NCBI GenBank assembly: GCA_964658305.1
Contig: OZ210885.1
Location: 10,478,001 to 10,542,000, forward strand
DNA: 64,000 nucleotides
Origin: Leptogorgia sarmentosa
Lineage: Eukaryota
Direction: 5' to 3'
Under the pieces are notes generated by a model that saw only the letters and a list, made by a program, of their open reading frames with translations, was not told where the DNA came from and did no database searches. Position numbers and translations under genes: made by a program. Below are positions 26,113 to 37,453 of the stretch, piece after piece (the first letter of the stretch is position 1; each line of letters starts with the position of its first letter).

Positions 26113-26185
26113 TGTTTTCGCCAAGGTTCGAACTGAGGACCTTGCGCGTGTTAAGCGCACGTGATGACCACTACACTACGGAAAC
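26113..26185 (-). tRNA. trnV: tRNA-Val(AAC), variant
   Basis: tgcgc-tt-AAC-ac-gcgca; a few stem substitutions. Confidence 0.75.
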
Positions 26186-26297
26186 TGGCATATGCGCAAA
26201 CATGGAAATAGATGTATTCACATCAATTAATTTTTCTCGTGTTTTATTGAAAATTTCCAAAGAAAAAAAAATCTCCAGTTAAAAAAGCTCATATGTA

Positions 26298-26370
26298 TGT
26301 TTCCGCCCAGGTTCGAACTGAGGACCTTGCGCGTGTTAGGCGCATGTGATAACCACTACACTACGGAAAC
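26298..26370 (-). tRNA. trnV: tRNA-Val(AAC)
   Basis: Complete cloverleaf gtttccg...cggaaaca. Confidence 0.88.
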
Positions 26371-26560
26371 TGACCTATGCGCAAAATAATTCAGAATAAT
26401 TAGATAATTATTGTTTGAAATTTGTGGTGCCATTTCGTGGTTTTAAGTTACAACTTTCACACAGGAAGTCAATAAACGAGGAACTTGTAACAGGAAGTGA
26501 GGAACTTCTAACATACTTATCGACTCTGGGAGTAATCGTTTGTCAAAGGTAGAAAACCAA

Positions 26561-26877
26561 GAGGCTGTTTATATGATCCCGCTTACCCGGGTTTTAATGA
26601 AGCGTTAAATGATTTTGAAGTATTGGAATGAGTCATATAGTTTATGATTTGAAGACAGTGTTGGATTCCTGATTGCTTAAGATTTTGTTCTGCTTAAATG
26701 TCAAACATAAAATGTTGTTGGGCATTGATATTTTTGTAAAATATATCTTTTCTATTGATCAGTACCAGAAGTGACTTACTTCGGTTGTTTCGTTTCATAA
26801 AATGACTCATTTCAATACCTCAGAATCATTTAACGCTTCATTTGATTCCGGGTAAGTGGGATCATATAAACAGCCTC
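26561..26877. mobile_element. PIF/Harbinger-type MITE
   Basis: TIR GAGGCTGTTTATATGATCCC; 3-bp TSD CAA; empty site in the mirror copy at ~38505. Confidence 0.85.
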
Positions 26878-27001
26878 CAAGACATATAATCTGAATTTTA
26901 ATCATTTTGCAAATGAATGAATTAGTGAAGAATAGCAAAGATAAATTAAGTAATAAAATTCAACGGGCAAGCTTGTGAAAGCAACAGGGTGTTGTCAGCG
27001 T

Positions 27002-27086
27002 GCCTCATTAGCTCAGGGGTTAGAGCACTGGTCTAGTAAAACAGCTAGTAAACCAGGGGTCCAGAGTTCAAATCTCTCATGAGGCT
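27002..27086 (+). tRNA. trnT: tRNA-Thr(AGT) with 12-nt intron-like insertion (27039-27050)
   Basis: ctggt-ct-AGT-a[aaacagctagta]a-accag; one T-stem mismatch. Confidence 0.72.
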
Positions 27087-27238
27087 CAATTTTTCTCCAT
27101 TTCTTCGAAGCACAGCGAAGACAACTGCCACAAATATGTTACATGAGCTATCCAAGATGTGGAGACTGATCAATTAAAAAACCTAATCAAATAGCCTTAT
27201 GTACGATAAAGCATCTCAGAAGATTTTCCCTGCATGTC

Positions 27239-27327
27239 GCCTCATTAGCTCAGGGGTTAGAGCACTAAACCAGGGGTCCAGAGTTCAATTGTTGCGGGAG
27301 ACCGCGGTTCGATTCCGCACTAACGCA
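27239..27327 (+). pseudogene. Chimera: anticodon-deleted tRNA-Thr 5' part fused to tRNA-Gly 3' part
   Basis: gcctcattagctcagg...gagcact|aaaccagg...gttcaatt, then gcgggagacc...taacgca. Confidence 0.75.
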
Positions 27328-27417
27328 TATTATTTTCATTTTGTTGCATTTCAATTTCAACTTCAACACGAGAAAAAAACTGGCTTTGTAACACAGGAAT
27401 AGTCTACAAGTTATCAC

Positions 27418-27489
27418 TCCCATGTGGTCTAGTGGTTAGGATCTGGCGTTTTCACCGCCATGGCCCGGGTTCGATTCCCGGCGTGGGAA
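27418..27489 (+). tRNA. trnE: tRNA-Glu(TTC)
   Basis: tcccatg...cgtgggaa; tggcg-tt-TTC-ac-cgcca; followed by a T-run terminator. Confidence 0.92.
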
Positions 27490-29098
27490 TTTTTTCTGAA
27501 AATTTCAATTTGAATCAACATTTTCAAACTCGTGCTCTGAACGCGCCAACCGATTGCGCCGCAGAAACTGACTCCATTGAAAACCTTTCGAAAAGAAATA
27601 TAAAAATAATGGATATCATTTTTGGTCAAAATCTGATTTTTTGCCATGGCCACATCCAACGGCAATAATAAACAGAACTTCAACGGTGACGATGCTCGTA
27701 CTGGTGAATACAATACTTTTAAGTGCAAAGTTTAACTTTGCAGTATTGTGTTGAGGGGCGAAAATTCACATCAGCTATTCAGCGATTCATTCATAGTGTA
27801 AACTCCGGGGGGAGCGTCCCAAATTCTTCTGATATGCGAAACTCCGTAGTTGACTGATATGAGTGATATCCTTGCAATGTTTGAACAAAAATGATTGGAT
27901 TGCAGTTATATATCATTGCTTATCATTATTTGCATTTGTTCTCATCGATTCGAAAGTTAGTTAGATAAGAAATGTGATCAAAGAAGCGCACATTATACAG
28001 TACACAATGGCGAAAGCCCCTCCGGAATTTAAGTTTTTGCAAAAATTGCAACTCAGCACAATTCTGGGGAATGAAATTACACAATATGGCGGACGCTAAG
28101 AGTGGGACCGTGAATCAGTAATTCACTATGATGATAATATAATGTGGCCAACATATCTGAATACGTTGATAAAGCAGTTAAAATGTTCTTTATATATCAG
28201 CAATGAATCTAGAGATTTGAATTTATTTATCATTATTAGTAGAAAACTTGTATTTGGCTCGTCATGCACAATTTAAAATAGCTACTGTTAGGCTGCCGCC
28301 ATGCGTATTATATTAAAACATTTAGTTGGCCGACACTGCCATCGCAATTCGCAAATAGCGGGCAAACTCAGATGTGTAACACAGTAGAACTCGCCATAAC
28401 AAGATAGCCATAATTTTGTATCGCATTCAGTTAATATGGTTGTCATAGCCAACATATTTGCGAGCTTTCGCATTTATAGCTTTCGTGTTTGTTTTCACCG
28501 TCTTCGACTCTTCCCGTCTTCCGGCCCCGCGGTTGTTTGTTTCTCTACCGGGGATTTACAGAATTTTCGATACTAAAAGAACTAAACCATATACAGGCAT
28601 ACAAAAGTAAATTTAACGTTGGCCTGATACTGTCAATAAACTGGATATTTTATTACGAGGCAGAAGTATCAGTACGATGTGTATGTATTTTAAAAAGGTC
28701 AGAGGTCAGAGATTTATCTGATTTGCTTTTAAAGTGTTACTGCAACGAATTTTTCGACCTCGTTTTTTTTGCCTTAAATAAATATTCAGGTCGAAAGATG
28801 AAATTTGGTGTATAGATGACTTTTGTACGTTGAGTGGAAGTAACTAAATTTCACCTCCAAACTTCGATACCGGATGCGAACAAAACAGCCGCCATTTTGT
28901 CACCTTGTGACGTCACAAGTGTAACACGTTTAGCGAAGCTACTTGTAAATTGTATTGCGTCAGAGCTATACTCTGTGTTTCTCGTGCTTTTTTGGCCGGA
29001 AAAAAAATATCTTTTGAAACAAAACTTGACCATAGGCATTTTAGGACAATATATTTTGCTCATGTCGAGTCACGAGTCTGGCGGGGACCCACAATCGT

Positions 29099-29299
29099 GT
29101 GAAAGTTCAAGTGAAACTGCATGACCCGGTGTCGGATGGCTCGTTAGTTCATGTCACATCGCACTGCTTTGCGTACGACGACGAACCTATAGCAGAACCT
29201 GGGGAAACGAATTGTGTTCCAGAAGATCCAGATGGATTGTTGCCAGAAAATATTGAACAAAGAAGCGACGGTAGAAATAGAATAACTCTGGAACAGTGA
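29099..29299 (+). pseudogene. KolX / P2X7-tail-like accessory protein fragment
   Basis: AYDDEPIA...DGLLPENIEQR...LEQ resembles the acidic N-terminal part of KolX/P2X7-like proteins; recalled similarity plus position inside the Kolobok. Confidence 0.45.
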
Positions 29300-29630
29300 T
29301 AAGTGAAGGTTCAAGACTGTTTAGACTTTAGCCTAATTAAAATAGCCGACGTAGGCTAAATTTGAATGTTTATTTTATTGCTTTTATTTAATATTCATCT
29401 GTAATGATATATTGTTAATTTTGATATCAATATATTGATATCAGTATAATTATTGATTCCACATTACCGTCTCAATATCTATCAGAACAAGTGTGTATGT
29501 AAAAGAGCCCAATATTATATAGGCCCTTTCTTTTGGGCTTCCTTGCCTTCTATTTATTAAATTTGTAAATACTTAAGCTGTGGCAGAATAAATTGATTTG
29601 ATTTGATTTGATAAGGAAAATAGTCATAAT

Positions 29631-29918
29631 TCATAGCAAGTTAATATTTAGCGATTTTGCTAACTCTAGATTCATATCATAGCACGAATCTTCGAAGTGA
29701 AGGCACGAGGTCGCCGTAGCGTCAAAACCCGGGTTATGTTTACAGACAAATTTCACGCACTTATTCCGCCTCTGAGCATCTGTTTCTTCATTAGGGAATA
29801 GATGCATAGACATTCCTTCAGTTTTGCTATCATTGGCGCAGCTAACTAAGTTAGGACCGCCAGCAACGCAGAGTTTTCCTCCGCGAGTAGCTTTACGTCT
29901 ATTAGAAATATACGCCAT
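29631..29918 (-). CDS. THAP-like domain (truncated Kolobok transposase)
   Basis: CVAGGPNLVSC...MHLFP...CLHFEDSCY. Confidence 0.75.
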   Translation of the reverse strand: MAYISNRRKATRGGKLCVAGGPNLVSCANDSKTEGMSMHLFPNEETDAQRRNKCVKFVCKHNPGFDATATSCLHFEDSCYDMNLELAKSLNINLL

Positions 29919-30217
29919 GTTGACAATGTGTTACACTTGTGACGTCACACGGCATTAATATGGTGGTCGAAAAGTTCGCACGGAAGTTGCCAAAAATCGC
30001 AACTTTGAAAGGCCATAAAATCCGTTTGAAAAGAGCAATTTTAATTCTGTTTGCGGTAAACATATTCGGAAAGTAAGTACTTTAAAAAAAGCCAATAAAA
30101 AAGGGGTCGAAAAATTCGTTGCAGTAACACTTTAACACGCGCGCTGCTGCGACTGCCAGTTGCTTTCTGACAATAAAATAGTGATTATTTTCAAAATATG
30201 ATTTTAATGTCCTCTTA

Positions 30218-30343
30218 GGCCCGTTTCAAACGTGGAGTTTTGGACGCATCGAATGCAATTCAAACAATGAATAATGAGATGACTAATTATCCATTGTTTG
30301 AATTGCATTCGATGCGACCAAAATTTGACGTATGAAACGGGCC
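30218..30343. mobile_element. PIF/Harbinger-type palindromic MITE
   Basis: GGCCCGTTTCA...TGAAACGGGCC; TTA on both flanks. Confidence 0.85.
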
Positions 30344-30541
30344 TTAGAAACTTTGCACTATCCTTGGATCCCTAGTTGCTGTTTGACACAGAAGCCGAGA
30401 CCAGGATTCGAACGTTTTCAAGTATTGGTGGATATATTTAACACGAATCGTAGTATATACATCGTAACTCTTTGGGAGACATATTTCCCATCAGCCCGCT
30501 TTGAGGAATTTGAAAGTTTTCCAGTTTATAGGCGTGATAAG

Positions 30542-30613
30542 AAAGAATGGGCGGGTTTGAACCACCGACCTCTCGATCTGCAGTCGAATGCTCTACCACT
30601 GAGCTACACTCCC
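30542..30613 (-). tRNA. trnC: tRNA-Cys(GCA), weakened acceptor stem
   Basis: Anticodon GCA; several G-U pairs in the acceptor stem. Confidence 0.7.
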
Positions 30614-30919
30614 TGTGTAGTCGACTAGGTTAATTACGTACATATACTTTCAAACGCAGCTATAATCAATTCACGGACCTCTGATTTTTCAATTCTACAT
30701 TCAAATACAAAATCTTTCTTGGCTTGTTTCATATAACCTTAATGCAGTAAAAAACGCGACTTCTTTCCATTGATTTTGTAGATGGAAAACTTGGGCATTG
30801 AATCTGTCACTTCAAACACTCAGCCCCCACCACCGAGAACACAACTTCCTGTCATCGAGTGTTTCCCCAAAACAATTCATGTTTATCTTCGAGGCCAAAA
30901 TTTCAAAGACTTTGCATAA

Positions 30920-31001
30920 CGTAGTCGGCAGGATTTGAACCTGCGCGGGAAACTCCCAACAGATTTCTAGTCTGTCGCCTTTACCGCTCGGCCACGACTA
31001 C
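30920..31001 (-). tRNA. trnS: tRNA-Ser(AGA)
   Basis: gtagtcg...cgactacg, 82 nt, long variable arm. Confidence 0.88.
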
Positions 31002-31325
31002 GTTGCTACAACCAACCGGTTTCACGTTGTTCATTAACGAACATTCACATCCATCTACAACTGACCTACACATTCTCAGCGCTACACTCTGAACAATAGA
31101 AACTTTCTATTTTGAGGTCTTTGCAAAACTCACTTGTGCAAGTTAATTCCAAATTCCACTCGAAACCATTCTATTAGCAATACTTATTTTTTTTCCAAAC
31201 GTAGTGAAATGGTGGAAAGATATGAAACTTGAACTAAAATATATAAAATGCTACTTACTTGTGCAGGAACATGCCTGAACTTGCCTGAAGCCACATTTTA
31301 CCTCCAAGACAAGGGCGTCAACTTC

Positions 31326-31396
31326 GCGTTGGTGGTTCAGTGGTAGAATTCCCGCCTGCCACCCGTGAGACCGGGGCTTGATTCACTGGAAACGCA
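31326..31396 (+). pseudogene. Degenerate tRNA-Gly(GCC) (mirror copy 34594-34664 on -)
   Basis: Gly 5' half intact; T arm and B box mutated (ggggcttgattcac). Confidence 0.75.
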
Positions 31397-31480
31397 GAAT
31401 GTTTTCATTTTGTTGCATTTCAATTGCAACTCGAGAAAAAATGTGGGTTCGTAACACAGACATGATCTTGAAATTGTACA

Positions 31481-31552
31481 TCCCATGTGGTCTAGTGGTT
31501 AGGATCTGGCGTTTTCACCGCCATGGCCCGGGTTCGATTCCCGGCGTGGGAA
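31481..31552 (+). tRNA. trnE: tRNA-Glu(TTC)
   Basis: Identical to the 27418 copy. Confidence 0.92.
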
Positions 31553-32038
31553 TTTTTTCTGACAATTTCTATTTGGAACAGTTTGTCTTCACATATTCAA
31601 TTTCGCCCGAGACTGGGATTAGATTCCCTGCTAACGCAGAATATTATCATACTGACGAGTTTAAATTTCAAATGCAACTCGAGAAAAACGTAGATTTGCA
31701 ACACAGACATAATCTAATAATTTTATCCAGGAAAGTAAAATTAATATTTTCTGATATCACCGTCTCTGATGAAAACTATTTGATGGCGGCAAACTATTTG
31801 ATTGTGGACAGAGTTTTTGCATTGGTTTATAAATTCTTGATTTTTATTCTTTATAATTTTATTGGGAAAATGAGCTTTTAACATAATATCCCTTTAGGAA
31901 TTAACTTTACAAGCTCCCCCTCGCATTAATTTCGTTCTTGGATCAATTTGTTTCAATTAACTCTGGATAAAAAAAAGGAAGGCGGAAGAGAAAGGTAATA
32001 AAATTCGCAGCATTTGTAAAATATTCAAATGTCAAAAT

Positions 32039-32110
32039 AGGTTCTGCCGAGACTTGAACTTGGATCGCTGGATTCAAAGTCCAAAGTGCTAACCATTACA
32101 CCACAGAACC
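32039..32110 (-). tRNA. trnQ: tRNA-Gln(TTG)
   Basis: ggttctg...cagaacct; ttgga-ct-TTG-aa-tccag; one T-stem mismatch. Confidence 0.82.
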
Positions 32111-32238
32111 TTAACACAATCTTGACAAAGTTTCCCAATTCTTTAACGTTTCTTCCTTTTTTTCACAGCAAAAGGAACACTCTTCAATGGTGGACGTGGA
32201 TATTTACTGAACACGAATCATGAATCCAACAAGTCACA

Positions 32239-32320
32239 GGTAGCGTGGCCGAGTGGTCTAAGGCGCTGGTTTCAGGCACCAGTCATTTCGATGACCTGGG
32301 TTCGAATTCCACCGCTGCCA
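32239..32320 (+). tRNA. trnL: tRNA-Leu(CAG), variant T stem
   Basis: ggtagcg...cgctgcca; ctggt-tt-CAG-gc-accag. Confidence 0.75.
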
Positions 32321-32776
32321 AATTTTCGTTCTTCATGGCTGTATTCGTTTATTGAACTGATATAAGTTTCACAAGTTGAAGGTTTTGAACCAAAGACGGA
32401 AAAACTCGTAATTATATCCATGGTTGAACAAGTTATATTTATATTTTATAATTATAAAATTTATATTTTATGGTATCATCCTCCTTTGCCCAAAACTATT
32501 TGATTCCCACAAACTATTTCATGATGGACAGTCTTTTTGCATTGGTTTCCATAATTTTTCAATCGTTTCTAATTTCCTTCGTTAAGGAACTTCTATAACA
32601 CAGTATCGCTTCTGACTAGAAATTTCTAATTCAATTTGTAGTCCCTTTTAGGCATTTTGCAGGGATAAACATTGGTAAAGAATGATTTTTAAAGAAGTAA
32701 ATGACAAGGCAAAATTTTGTCGTTTGAATCTTTGCACAAGTTGTTAATTTTTACACACACTGTCACAGCTCTCATT

Positions 32777-32803
32777 TGCCGAAACCCGGGATTGAACCAG
32801 GGA

Positions 32804-32845
<42 letters not shown>

Positions 32846-32850
32846 TCGGC
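32777..32850 (-). tRNA. trnF: tRNA-Phe(GAA)
   Basis: gccgaga...tttcggca; tcaga-ct-GAA-ga-tctga. Confidence 0.88.
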
Positions 32851-33504
32851 TGATGTGCATGAATCCATGAAGATTTATACATCTTCTTTATCTCTGTGTT
32901 CTGTCTCTCCCCCCGGTTTTAGCAACTTGTACGTCACCCTCGGACACGTACGGAAACGGGGGCTTTTTAGTGTGATGGCGTCAGCATGCACACTGTTTTT
33001 TACCTTTCCTTTTTCACAATAAAAAACTGGACAACTTCACAAATTTGCGTATTTATTGTTCATAAGTTCAAAGTGATGATGAAGGGTCTAATAAGTTTCG
33101 CTAGGCCCGAAGGATCAGAACACTCTGTTTCCATCTTTAAGAATCATTAATCCGGGAGTGGCACCACGATTACTTTAAGCACGAAATGGGATTCGAACCC
33201 ATGCCCCTCAGATTGAGACTACGTTCACACTATGCCGGCGGGCAGAATTTTTTTTTGGGATCAATTTAAGGTTCGGTTTCAAGCACCGATCTATTTTTTT
33301 CACTGGACACACTTTATCGTCGAGAATATTCTATGGAATTTCTGACTCTAAACAGAAAATATTGTCTTTTCTTTTTCTTTTTTCGTTTTGTTTTTCTAAT
33401 CCAAGCCCAAACACTAATTCTGACCCTAACAACAAAGTTTTGAGAAAAAAAGCTTGAAAGAGAACAATTACCGTCACGACGCCTGAATAACATCACACCA
33501 AACA

Positions 33505-33532
33505 CGTCCCTGGTTGGACTAGAACGAACAAA

Positions 33533-33572
<40 letters not shown>

Positions 33573-33578
33573 AGAGAC
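33505..33578 (-). pseudogene. tRNA-Asn(GTT) with mutated T loop
   Basis: B box reads gttctag; T-stem substitutions. Confidence 0.7.
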
Positions 33579-33699
33579 TGACTCCATTGAAAACCTTCTG
33601 AAAAGAAATACAAAAATAATGGATATTACTATTTAACAAAACACACTCGTGAGTTTACAGTTGCTAAATCAATCGCAACGTCCATGAACAACGAAAATT

Positions 33700-33781
33700 T
33701 GGCAGCGGTGGGATTCGAACCCACGTCATCGAAATGACTGGTGCCTTAAACCGGCGCCTTAGACCACTCGGCCACGCTACC
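33700..33781 (-). tRNA. trnL: tRNA-Leu(AAG)
   Basis: Anticodon loop tt-AAG-gc; full cloverleaf; one anticodon-stem mismatch. Confidence 0.82.
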
Positions 33782-33906
33782 CTTAACGAGTTGGTTATAT
33801 GATTCGTGTTTTGAAAATAACCACGTCCAATGATGAGTGTGCCTTTTGCTGCGAAAAAAAGGAAGAAACGTTAAACAACTGGGAAACATTGTCAAGATCG
33901 TGGTAA

Positions 33907-33965
33907 GGTTCTGTTGTGTAATGGTTACCACTTTGGACTTCCGAGTTCAAGTCTCGCCAGAGCCT
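33907..33965 (+). pseudogene. tRNA-Gln with anticodon region deleted
   Basis: ttggact|tccgagttcaagtctc; about 13 nt missing relative to 32039-32110. Confidence 0.8.
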
Positions 33966-34437
33966 ATTTTGACATTTGAATGTTTTTAAAATGCTGCGAA
34001 TTTTATTACCTTTCTCTTCCGCCTTCCTTTTTTTAATTCAAAGTTAATTGAAACAAATTGATCCAAGAACGAAATTAATGCGAAGGGGAGATTGTAAAAT
34101 TAATTACTAATGGGAAATTATGACGAGTAAAAGTCAAGAATTTAAAAAGCAATGCAAAAACTCTGTCCACGATCAAAAGAGTTTGTGGCAATCAAATAGT
34201 TTTAGCTAAAAGAGGGTGATATCAGAAAATATTAATTTTTACCATCCTCTGGTATGGATAAAATTATTACAGTGTATTATGTCTGTGTTACAAAGCTGCG
34301 TTTTTTCTAGTGTTGCAATTGAAATTGAAACTCATCAGAACGAAAATATTCTGCGTTAGCCGGGAATCTAATCCCAGTCTCGGGCGAGTTCGAATATGTG
34401 AAGACAAACTGTTCCAAATAGAAATTTTCAGAAAAAA

Positions 34438-34509
34438 TTCCCACGCCGGGAATCGAACCCGGGCCATGGCGGTGAAAACGCCAGATCCTAACCACTAGAC
34501 CACATGGGA
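34438..34509 (-). tRNA. trnE: tRNA-Glu(TTC)
   Basis: Exact reverse complement of the 31481 copy. Confidence 0.92.
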
Positions 34510-34988
34510 GTTGCAATTTCGATATCATGTCTGTGTTACGAACCCACATTTTTTCTCGAGTTGCAATTGAAATGCAACAAAATGAAAACATTCTGCGTTT
34601 GCTGTGAATCAAGCCCCGGTCTCAAAGGTGGCAGGCGAGAATTCTACCACTGAACCACCAACGCAAAGTTCACGCCCTTGTCTGGAGGTAAAATGTGGCT
34701 TCAGGCAAATTCAGGCATGTTCCTGCACAGGTAGGTAGCATTATATATATTTTAGTTCAAGTTTCATATCTTTCCACCATTTCACTACGTTTGGAAAAAA
34801 AATAAGTATTGCTAATAGAATGGTTTCGAGTGGAATTTGGCATTAACTTGCACGAGTGAGTTTTGCAAAGACCTCAAAATATAGAAATTTTCTATTGTTC
34901 AGAGTGTAGCGCTGAGAGTGTGTAGGTCAGTTGTAGATGGATGTGAATGTTCATAATGAACAACGTGAAACCCGTTGGTTGTAGCAAC

Positions 34989-35070
34989 GTAGTCGAGGCC
35001 GAGCGGTTAAGGCGACAGACTAGAAATCTGTTGGGAGTTTTCCGCGCAGGTTCAAATCCTGCCGACTACG
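34989..35070 (+). tRNA. trnS: tRNA-Ser(AGA), U8>A variant
   Basis: Mirror of 30920-31001. Confidence 0.78.
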
Positions 35071-35168
35071 TTATGCAAAGTCTTTAAAATTTTGGCCTCG
35101 AGGATAAACATGAATTGTTTTGGGGGAAAACTCGATGACAGGAAGTTGTGTTCTCGGTGGTGGCGGCT

Positions 35169-35488
35169 GGCAGAAGTTTTTTTTGGGATCACTTCGTGGC
35201 TTGGTTACTAAGCATTCATTTCATTTACATTACGTATTGCAACATTCTATTCATATAAAAGGTTTTTACCGGCAAATTTGTCGAGCTTCGTTAGCTCAGA
35301 CGATATGGTCACGACTCGCCAGTAGCAACCCTCTCAGCATTTTGTTGTTAGGGTTAGAATTACTGTTTGGACCAGGATCAGGAAAACAAAAAGAAAAAGA
35401 AAAGACAATATTTTCTGTTTTAATAGATTCAGAATTAGATCAGTGCTTGGTAACCATGCCGCGAAGTGATCCCAAAAAAAATTTCTGC
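35169..35488. mobile_element. MITE with GCAGAA(T)nGGGATCAC ends; further copies ~33241-33465 and ~51095-51435
   Basis: ~27-bp TIR; TGGCGGCT duplicated on the flanks (8-9 bp TSD); empty site in the mirror arm at ~30820. Confidence 0.8.
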
Positions 35489-35703
35489 TGGCGGCTAAGA
35501 GTTTAAAGTGACAGATTCAATGCCTAAGTTTTCCATCTACAAAACAACGGAAAGAAGTCGCGTTTTTTATTGCATTAAGGTTATATGAAACATGCCAAGA
35601 AAGATTTTGTATTTGAATGTAAAATTGAAAAAAAAGAGGTCCGTGAATTGATTATAGCTGCGTTTGAAAGTATATGTACGTAATTAACCTAGTAGACTAC
35701 ACA

Positions 35704-35775
35704 GGGAGTGTAGCTCAGTGGTAGAGCATTCGACTGCAGATCGAGAGGTCGGTGGTTCAAATCCGCCCGCTCCTT
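35704..35775 (+). tRNA. trnC: tRNA-Cys(GCA)
   Basis: gggagtg...cgctcctt, full cloverleaf. Confidence 0.9.
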
Positions 35776-35954
35776 CTTATCATACATATAAACTGGAAAA
35801 CTTTCAAATTCTTTAAAGCAGGCTGATGGGAAATATGTCACCCAAAGAGTTGAGATGCATATACTACGATTCGTGTTTAAATCTATCCACCAATACTTGA
35901 AAACGATTACTAAAATATTTTGTTGGATTTTACTCGCAGAATGAAAATTTATTT

Positions 35955-36024
35955 GAGTGGTTAAGGCGACAGACTAGAAATCTGTTGGGAAATTCCCGCG
36001 CAGGTTCAAATCCTGCCGACTACG
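35955..36024 (+). pseudogene. 5'-truncated tRNA-Ser(AGA)
   Basis: First ~12 nt missing; its flanks match those of the Ser(TGA) copies. Confidence 0.78.
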
Positions 36025-36278
36025 GAAGAGCAAATTTCCAGAATGTATTTGGCAAAATTTCGGTGTTATGGGTGGTTATGATTTGGGTGTAGGAGAAAAA
36101 AGAAAAAAGTTATAAAAAGAAGTTGTCGAAGAAACTTTTTTAAAGCAAAGTTTTCAACTTCTAGCTGGAGTCCGAAGGACGAGTGCTATTTGCGGTTTTC
36201 GGAAAACTCACGAATGTATTGTTATTAAATAGTAATATCCATTATTTTTACATTTCTTTTGGGAAAGTTTTTGAGTTG

Positions 36279-36284
36279 GTCTCT

Positions 36285-36328
<44 letters not shown>

Positions 36329-36352
36329 TTGGTTCCAGTCCAACCAGGGACG
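36279..36352 (+). tRNA. trnN: tRNA-Asn(GTT), T-loop variant
   Basis: Full length; gttccag instead of gttcgag. Confidence 0.7.
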
Positions 36353-36481
36353 TGTTTGGTGTGATGTTATTCAGACGTCGTGACGGTAGATGTAACAATG
36401 TAACCGAATTTTTTGCGCGGGGTTTTCTAAGGATTTATGGAAGCTTTCAAAAAGAGAACGTCTTACTTGGTTAATTAACTA

Positions 36482-36553
36482 GGGCTTGCACGGGAATCGA
36501 ACACGTGACCTCTCGCACCCTAAGCGAGAATCATACCACTAGACCAGCAAGCC
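36482..36553 (-). tRNA. trnP: tRNA-Pro(AGG)
   Basis: ctcgc-tt-AGG-gt-gcgag; one T-stem mismatch. Confidence 0.8.
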
Positions 36554-36664
36554 ATTGATGGCATCAAATTGTTCTCTATTGTACTTTGTACTGACGGAGA
36601 AAAATGGGGCATTAATGTAATATCTCATCCGTTCCAAAACATTTTCCAATCTTTCAGCGAAGTC

Positions 36665-36736
36665 GCCGTGATCGTATAGTGGTTAGTACATTGCGTTGTG
36701 GCCGCAATAACCCAGGTTCGAATCCTGGTCACGGCA
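36665..36736 (+). tRNA. trnH: tRNA-His(GTG)
   Basis: gccgtga...tcacggca; ttgcg-tt-GTG-gc-cgcaa. Confidence 0.93.
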
Positions 36737-36805
36737 TCTGTTTCAAACACCAAAAAGTATTGTAATCACCATTGCGGGCATCGTCACCGTTGAAGTTCTG
36801 TTTAT

Positions 36806-37277
36806 AGGGAGTTTGGCAACGCGACGGGAGGTAGCGACGGCGACGGCTAAGACCGAGTTGGGAGTAGGGAGAGAATGCGTTTCGAGAAACGTCGCCGTCG
36901 CGCCGGAAATCTGTTTGGCGGCAAAATTTAAAGCCTAACAAAATCAAAATGGATGACGTTCTTGACGGATTGACTTGAGATTTACTGCAAAACAATTCAA
37001 ACATGGAATTCAATACAGAAAATTAGTTTATTGAAATGCTTTTTGCATGATAAACCTCACCTTTGCTTGTTTGGATCAGCCATACCGGATAAAAACGCAG
37101 AAACAACCAGACGTTGTCAAGACAGCGTCAAATTGTACGAAATGGCGTCGTCCGGAGAACGCCAACGTCTTGACGCCGTATGTTTGTAAATATTTTATGA
37201 TAATTATTTTAAATTATGCGATAATCAGGTCTTATCTCGTCGCCGTCGCCACTTCCCGTCGCGTTGCCAAACTCCCT
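36806..37277. mobile_element. PIF/Harbinger-type MITE
   Basis: ~50-bp TIR AGGGAGTTTGGCAACGCGACGGGA...; 3-bp TSD TAT; empty site at ~27665. Confidence 0.85.
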
Positions 37278-37379
37278 TATTATTCCCGTTGGATGTGGCC
37301 TTGGCTAAAAATCAGATTTTGACCAAAAATAATATCCATTATTTTCATATTTCTTTTCGGAAGGTTTTCAATGGAGTCG

Positions 37380-37453
37380 GTCTCTGTAGCGCAATCGGTT
37401 AGCGCGTTCGGCTGTTCACCGAAAGGTTGTTGGTTCGAGTCCAACCAGGGACG
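37380..37453 (+). tRNA. trnN: tRNA-Asn(GTT), variant
   Basis: Full length; A37>C and an A-box change. Confidence 0.7.

Larger units (their letters stand above)
28733..30131. mobile_element. Kolobok-type DNA transposon (internally deleted; THAP and KolX-like fragments convergent)
   Basis: TTAA at 28729-32 and 30132-35; TIR AGTGTTACTGCAACGAATTTTTCGACC. Confidence 0.88.

Noticed and set aside
33074..33118. ATGA...hairpin...GA as a SECIS element or C/D-box snoRNA
   Set aside because: The helix is only ~7 bp, there is no nearby D box, and there is no selenoprotein 3' UTR context.
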